Assembly (NCBI GenBank): GCA_963715985.1
Contig: CAVQSP010000008.1
Coordinates: 32,001-96,000 of the forward strand
DNA from: an uncultured Thermoleophilia bacterium
GTDB taxonomy: Bacteria > Actinomycetota > Thermoleophilia > UBA2241
Direction: 5' to 3'
Length of the DNA: 64,000 nt
Every line of letters begins with the position of its first letter. Within the stretch, counting starts at the first letter, position 1. Both the position numbers and the translations under genes were made by a program. Shown here in pieces: positions 59,717 to 64,000 of this stretch. Below the pieces are notes generated by a model, which made no database searches, was not told the origin of the DNA, and saw only the letters and a program-made list of their open reading frames with translations.

Positions 59717-61909
59717 ATGACCGACGGTGCCGGGCGGCAGGACGTCCTGGCGATCGCCTCTGGCGTCAGCCTTGCGATCGCCGACAGTCCGGATCTGCAC
59801 GAGATGCTCACCGTCGTGGCGCGGCGCACGGCCGAGGCCCTCGACGTGTGGGAGTGCGACGTCTACGAGTACCGCGCGGAGAGCGAGGACCTCGTGGGTG
59901 TGGCCCTGTGGGCGCGGGAGCTGGACGACGCCGATCGTGCATGGCTGGGCACCGTCTTTCCTCTCGCGGAACGGCCCAGCTTCCGGTGCCTTGTCAAGGA
60001 GCGGGCCCTGCGTGAATACCACCGTGCCGACCCCGGTCTGACCGCGGCGGACCGCGCCGTCATGGAGCGCTGGGGTGAGCACAGCATCGTCTCGCTGCCC
60101 CTCGTCTTTCAGGACAAGGTCATCGGTGCGCTCTCCCTGGTGGAGAAGCGCGGGCCTCGCACCTTCACGGCGGACGAGATGCGCCTGCTCGAAGTGCTGG
60201 CGGTGCCGGCGGCGGTGGCCGTGCAGAACGCGCGCCTCCTGCGTCGCGAGGCGGACCAGAACCGTCGCCTCCAGGCCCTCCTCACCGCCACTCGCGCCAT
60301 GGCGACGGCGACCGGGCTGGACGAGTTGCTCAACGCCATCGCGCGCACCGCGCGGGAAGCTCTGGACGCGGACGAGTGCGCCATCGACACGTACGACCCG
60401 GCGGCCGACTCCATCACCGTCCGCGCCTTCCAGTCCCGCGCGCCGAGGCCGGACGACGTACGGCACGTCGGGACGTCGTTCTCCCTGGCCGAGTATCCCG
60501 CCGACCGGACCATCCTTCTCAACGGCGAGATCGTGGAGGAGAGAGTCTCGGACCCGGATCTCGACGACACCAACCGTCGGTCGATGATCGAGAACGGGGA
60601 AGCCTCCTGCCTCAGCGTGCCGCTGGTCTATGAGGCGCGGCCCATCGGCCTGCTTGCCTTCTTCCAGCTCGAGGAAGAGCGCCACTTCACCGACCAGGAG
60701 ACGGAGCTGGCAGAGGCGCTGGGCGAGCACGCCTCGGCGGCCATCCACCACGCCGAGCTTGTGGAGCAGACCGAGCGCCAGAACCGTCATCTCAACGCCA
60801 TCATCGACGCCACGCGTGCCATCAGCACCAGCGTGGACCTCGACGAGGTGCTCGCCATCGTGGCGCGCACGACCGCCGAGGCCCTCGGCGCGGAGCAGTG
60901 CCAGATCCAGGAGTTCAACGCGGCCGCCAACACGGTGACGCCGATCGTGTTCTGGCAGCGTCACGAGGAGCGCCCGGCGCCCGACAGCCTCCACCGCACG
61001 TACTCGCTGGACGACGAGCCCGACGAACGCGCCTTCCTGGAGTCCAAGACGGTGATCCAACAGCTCTACTCGGATCCTGAGCTGAGCCCGATCACGAAGG
61101 CGACGATGGCGAGGTACGGCGACCTCTCGTACCTGAACCTGCCGCTGGTGTCAGGCGACCAGTCGTTCGGGGTCATGGTGCTCGTGGAGACCGACTATGA
61201 ACGCCGCTGGACCGACGAGGACATCGCCCTCGGTCGCGCGCTGGGCGATCAGGCGGCCGTGGCCATCGAACAGGCGCGGCTCTACCAGATGATCCGCGAC
61301 CAGGCCATCACCGACGGGCTGACGAGCCTGTACAACCACCGCTACTTCTACGAGCGGCTGGAGCAGGAGGTCGCGAGGGCGCGGAGATACGGCACGCCGG
61401 TGTCGCTGCTGATGATCGACCTCGACGACTTCAAGGCGTACAACGACCGCCACGGCCACCCCGCCGGCGACGCGGTGCTGCGCGAGGTGGCCGCGGTGCT
61501 GCGCGCGGAGCTCAGGGCGCGGCTGGACATCGCGGCCCGCTACGGTGGCGAGGAGTTCGCCGTCATCCTTCCCAACACGCCGATGAACCTCGACACCGGC
61601 ACGCAGATGCAGATCGACCTGGCGGGGGAGTCTCTTGCGGCAGGGCCCCCGTCGGGCGCCGACGCCGAAGCGCCCCCGCCGGGTCACCGCGGCGGTGCGG
61701 AGGAGGTGGGCGAGAGGATCCGGCGCCGGGTGGCCGAGACCGAGTTCGTCGGCGCCTCCAGTGCTCGCCCGGCGCGGCTCACGGTGAGCGTGGGCGTCGC
61801 GGTCTTCCCGCACAAGACGGCGTCCGCCGAGGAGCTTGTGGGCAATGCCGACGCGGCCCTCTACAAGGCCAAACGCGCCGGCAAGGACCGGGTGGAGACC
61901 TACGGGTGA
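59717..61909 (+). CDS. diguanylate cyclase with three GAF domains
   Basis: three repeated GAF units (L..IA...A.AL...C...PLV.....G.L....R.FT..E), then AITDGLT.LYNHR, MIDLDDFK.YND.HGH.AGD, ARYGGEEF, ADAALYKAK..GK. Confidence 0.93.
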   Translation: MTDGAGRQDVLAIASGVSLAIADSPDLHEMLTVVARRTAEALDVWECDVYEYRAESEDLVGVALWARELDDADRAWLGTVFPLAERPSFRCLVKERALREYHRADPGLTAADRAVMERWGEHSIVSLPLVFQDKVIGALSLVEKRGPRTFTADEMRLLEVLAVPAAVAVQNARLLRREADQNRRLQALLTATRAMATATGLDELLNAIARTAREALDADECAIDTYDPAADSITVRAFQSRAPRPDDVRHVGTSFSLAEYPADRTILLNGEIVEERVSDPDLDDTNRRSMIENGEASCLSVPLVYEARPIGLLAFFQLEEERHFTDQETELAEALGEHASAAIHHAELVEQTERQNRHLNAIIDATRAISTSVDLDEVLAIVARTTAEALGAEQCQIQEFNAAANTVTPIVFWQRHEERPAPDSLHRTYSLDDEPDERAFLESKTVIQQLYSDPELSPITKATMARYGDLSYLNLPLVSGDQSFGVMVLVETDYERRWTDEDIALGRALGDQAAVAIEQARLYQMIRDQAITDGLTSLYNHRYFYERLEQEVARARRYGTPVSLLMIDLDDFKAYNDRHGHPAGDAVLREVAAVLRAELRARLDIAARYGGEEFAVILPNTPMNLDTGTQMQIDLAGESLAAGPPSGADAEAPPPGHRGGAEEVGERIRRRVAETEFVGASSARPARLTVSVGVAVFPHKTASAEELVGNADAALYKAKRAGKDRVETYG

Positions 61910-61957
61910 CGCGCCGGCGTCACTGTACGGCGATGATGAGCGTCTTGCTGTAGCCCT

Positions 61958-62350
61958 TCACGCCGCCGGCCTGCCACACGGCGCGGTGCCTGTGCCCTCG
62001 GGATGCATCCACGCGGCCCGGCAGCGGGCGATGCCCGTCGTCGACGCCCCGGCCTTGACTGTGAACGTCATCGTGCCCAGCCGCCCGCCCCTGGTCCACG
62101 TGATCGCCTTGCTGCCGATGCGCACGAGGTGCCCGTCCTTGTCCTGCATGATGACCGCGCTACGCATGCCGTCCGCGCGCTCCGGGTCACGGATGGTCGC
62201 GGTGAGCTTGGCCCGCGACCCGTCGGCGGCGGAGTTCGGCCCGCGGAGCTTCACGCTCACGCCGACGGGGTCCGCGGACGCGGCGGGGGCCAGCACGACC
62301 ACGAGCACGGCGGCGATGACGGCGGCGAGCGCCAGAGTCCTGAGTCTCAC
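61958..62350 (-). CDS. secreted hypothetical protein (paralogue B)
   Basis: signal peptide ending APAASA; GVSVKLRGP...DGS...LTATI.D...AV..Q.K.GHL.RI.SK...W. Confidence 0.65.
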   Translation of the reverse strand: MRLRTLALAAVIAAVLVVVLAPAASADPVGVSVKLRGPNSAADGSRAKLTATIRDPERADGMRSAVIMQDKDGHLVRIGSKAITWTRGGRLGTMTFTVKAGASTTGIARCRAAWMHPEGTGTAPCGRPAA

Positions 62351-62413
62351 TCGTCGGCCTCCCGTTCATTGCGTGGTGCGCCGGTGGCGCCCCCGCCGGT
62401 CATGCTGGGCCGA

Positions 62414-62815
62414 TCAGTCGATCTCGACGCGCCAGACGTTGCTGCGCGTGACCCCGGCGGGGTTTCTCCAGGCAACGCGATATGCGGCGATGCCCATGGC
62501 CGTCGGCGTCGGGTAGATGTGCTTGAAGATCACGAAGCCGATGGAGCCGCCCACTTCCCAGGCCACCGTCTTGCTCGCGATGCGGCGCAGGTGCCCGTTC
62601 TTGTTTTGGAGGAGCACGGCGACCCGGCTGCCGCCACCGTACTTGAGCGAATCCTTGATCGTGGCCGTGAGCTCGATGGCCGAGCCGTCGGCGACGTGGC
62701 TCGGCCCCTTGAGCTTGATCGACACGCCGGTGGTGCCGGCCGCTGCCGCAGGCGCCAGGACCACCAGGACGAGGGCGGCCACCAACACGGCCAGCACCAG
62801 GGACTTGAGCTTCAT
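62414..62815 (-). CDS. secreted hypothetical protein (paralogue A)
   Basis: GGAGG RBS; signal peptide ending APAAAA; same motifs as the neighbour; ends SNVWRVEID. Confidence 0.72.
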   Translation of the reverse strand: MKLKSLVLAVLVAALVLVVLAPAAAAGTTGVSIKLKGPSHVADGSAIELTATIKDSLKYGGGSRVAVLLQNKNGHLRRIASKTVAWEVGGSIGFVIFKHIYPTPTAMGIAAYRVAWRNPAGVTRSNVWRVEID

Positions 62816-62967
62816 CCTCCCACCTCCGCAGACGGGCTGTGCCGCGCCGGCCGGGCGGACGACGTCCGCCGGGGCGCGGCTCTCTCTCCCCTCTGTCGGC
62901 ACGGAGGGCGCGGAGGTGGAGTGGCGGATGCCGCCTGATGAAGGGTGCACCTTAGGCACCCCGCTCG

Positions 62968-64000
62968 CTAGCCCTGCTGCGCCGGCTGGTCCTTGCCGAG
63001 GGCGGTGAGCGCGTCCAGGAGGGCGGGGTCCCCGCCCAGCACCTGCGCCGCGGCGCCCTCGACGCGCGCGGCCATAGCGTCGACGAAGTAGTTGGCCGCG
63101 AGCAGCTTGCGCGTGTCCGTCTGAGCCGCACGCAGCAACAGATAGCCGCTGCACACGTCGATGCTCATGTCCGTGAGGCGGCGGCCGTGGAAGTCGCGGT
63201 AGCGCACGTCGTCGAGGTCGCGGACGCGGGCGATGGACTCCGCCAGGCGTGCGCGGGCGTGGCGCACGCGCGCCAGCAGCTCGGGTGTGGCGGAGAGGTC
63301 CTCGGCGTCGAACTCGTCGAGCCGGCCGCCGAGCGTGCCGCCGAGAATGCCGCCGAGGGCAGCGACGACCTGCAGCTGGGTGGTGCCCTCGTAGATGTTG
63401 GTGATGCGCGCGTCGCGCGCGTGGCGCTCCACGGCGAAGTCGCGCATGTAGCCTGAGCCGCCGTGGACCTGCAGCGACTCGTAGGCGACCGTGTTGGCCA
63501 TCTCCGTGCAATCCGCTTTGGCGAGCGGCGTGAACAGCGCCGCGAGGCGCGTGTACTTCTTGAGCTCGGCGCGCAGCTCCTTGATGTCGGAGTCGGCGGC
63601 GTGCCCGCCGCCGGCCGGCGTAGCCTCGCCGGCCTCCTGGAGCCGCCCGATGCGGTGCTCCAGCATCTCCTTGGTGTCGACGATGAGCGCCGTCTCGTAG
63701 AGCAGGGCGCGAGCGGCCTCGATGCTCACCTTCATGTCGGCGAGCATGCCCTTGACGGCGGTGAGCTCGGCGATCGGCGCTCCGAACTGCACGCGCTCGG
63801 CGGCGTACTTGGCGGCCGCCCTGTACGCCGCCTCGGCGATGCCCTGTGCCTGCGCCGCGATGGCGATGCGGGCGCCGTTCATGAGGCTCATGACGTAGGT
63901 CGTGAGGCCGCGACGGCGTTCGCCCACGAGCAGTGCCGGAGCATCGTCGAACTGCAGCTCGCAGGTGGGCGAGGCGTGGATGCCGAGCTTGTCCTCGAGA
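62968..64000 (-). CDS. acyl-CoA dehydrogenase with C-terminal extension; 5' end truncated by window
   Basis: EDKLGIHASPTCELQF, MNGARI.IAAQA.GIAEAAY, RVQFG, LQVHGGSGYMRDF.VER..RDARITNIYEGTTQLQ. Confidence 0.92.
   Translation of the reverse strand, partial: LEDKLGIHASPTCELQFDDAPALLVGERRRGLTTYVMSLMNGARIAIAAQAQGIAEAAYRAAAKYAAERVQFGAPIAELTAVKGMLADMKVSIEAARALLYETALIVDTKEMLEHRIGRLQEAGEATPAGGGHAADSDIKELRAELKKYTRLAALFTPLAKADCTEMANTVAYESLQVHGGSGYMRDFAVERHARDARITNIYEGTTQLQVVAALGGILGGTLGGRLDEFDAEDLSATPELLARVRHARARLAESIARVRDLDDVRYRDFHGRRLTDMSIDVCSGYLLLRAAQTDTRKLLAANYFVDAMAARVEGAAAQVLGGDPALLDALTALGKDQPAQQG

Overview
Very GC-rich chromosomal window, probably from an anaerobic actinobacterium (Thermoleophilia-like; inferred from codon usage, leaderless TANNNT promoters and gene content). 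There is no rRNA, tRNA, CRISPR array, transposase or phage gene. Positions 1-12.6 kb hold an anaerobic cobalamin biosynthesis cluster (cbiD-E fusion, cbiT, L, F, G, H, cbiJ-cobO fusion, cobQ, cobA-hemD, sirC) and a cobalt ECF transporter whose CbiM, CbiN and CbiQ are one polypeptide. The 12.7-24.6 kb patch is accessory: carbonic anhydrase, alpha-keto acid decarboxylase, a Stay-green homologue, DUF1295, HAD, amidase, SDR, cupin, GNAT and VOC genes. Next come a Fur-Dph6-like-btuFCD operon with a palindromic operator, then HATPase-GNAT, mmsA and TetR. A peptide ABC transporter with two binding proteins sits beside a dipeptide epimerase and a serine hydrolase. These are followed by fabI, an ECF sigma/anti-sigma pair, murB, Rrf2-metY-metX-metW, csp, a ferredoxin, yhaM, an aminotransferase, a GAF-GGDEF cyclase and an acyl-CoA dehydrogenase. 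The best findings are missing from the ORF track. (1) A BCP/PrxQ peroxiredoxin has an in-frame TGA at the peroxidatic Cys followed by a SECIS-like hairpin, so it is a probable selenoprotein, and a decayed paralogue lies just upstream. (2) A structured non-coding element with a terminator precedes a small DRR/ERR-rich protein, divergent from the diguanylate cyclase. (3) The ECF sigma apparently starts at ATC. About a dozen single-base frameshifts, including one in murB, suggest long-read assembly errors rather than real pseudogenes.
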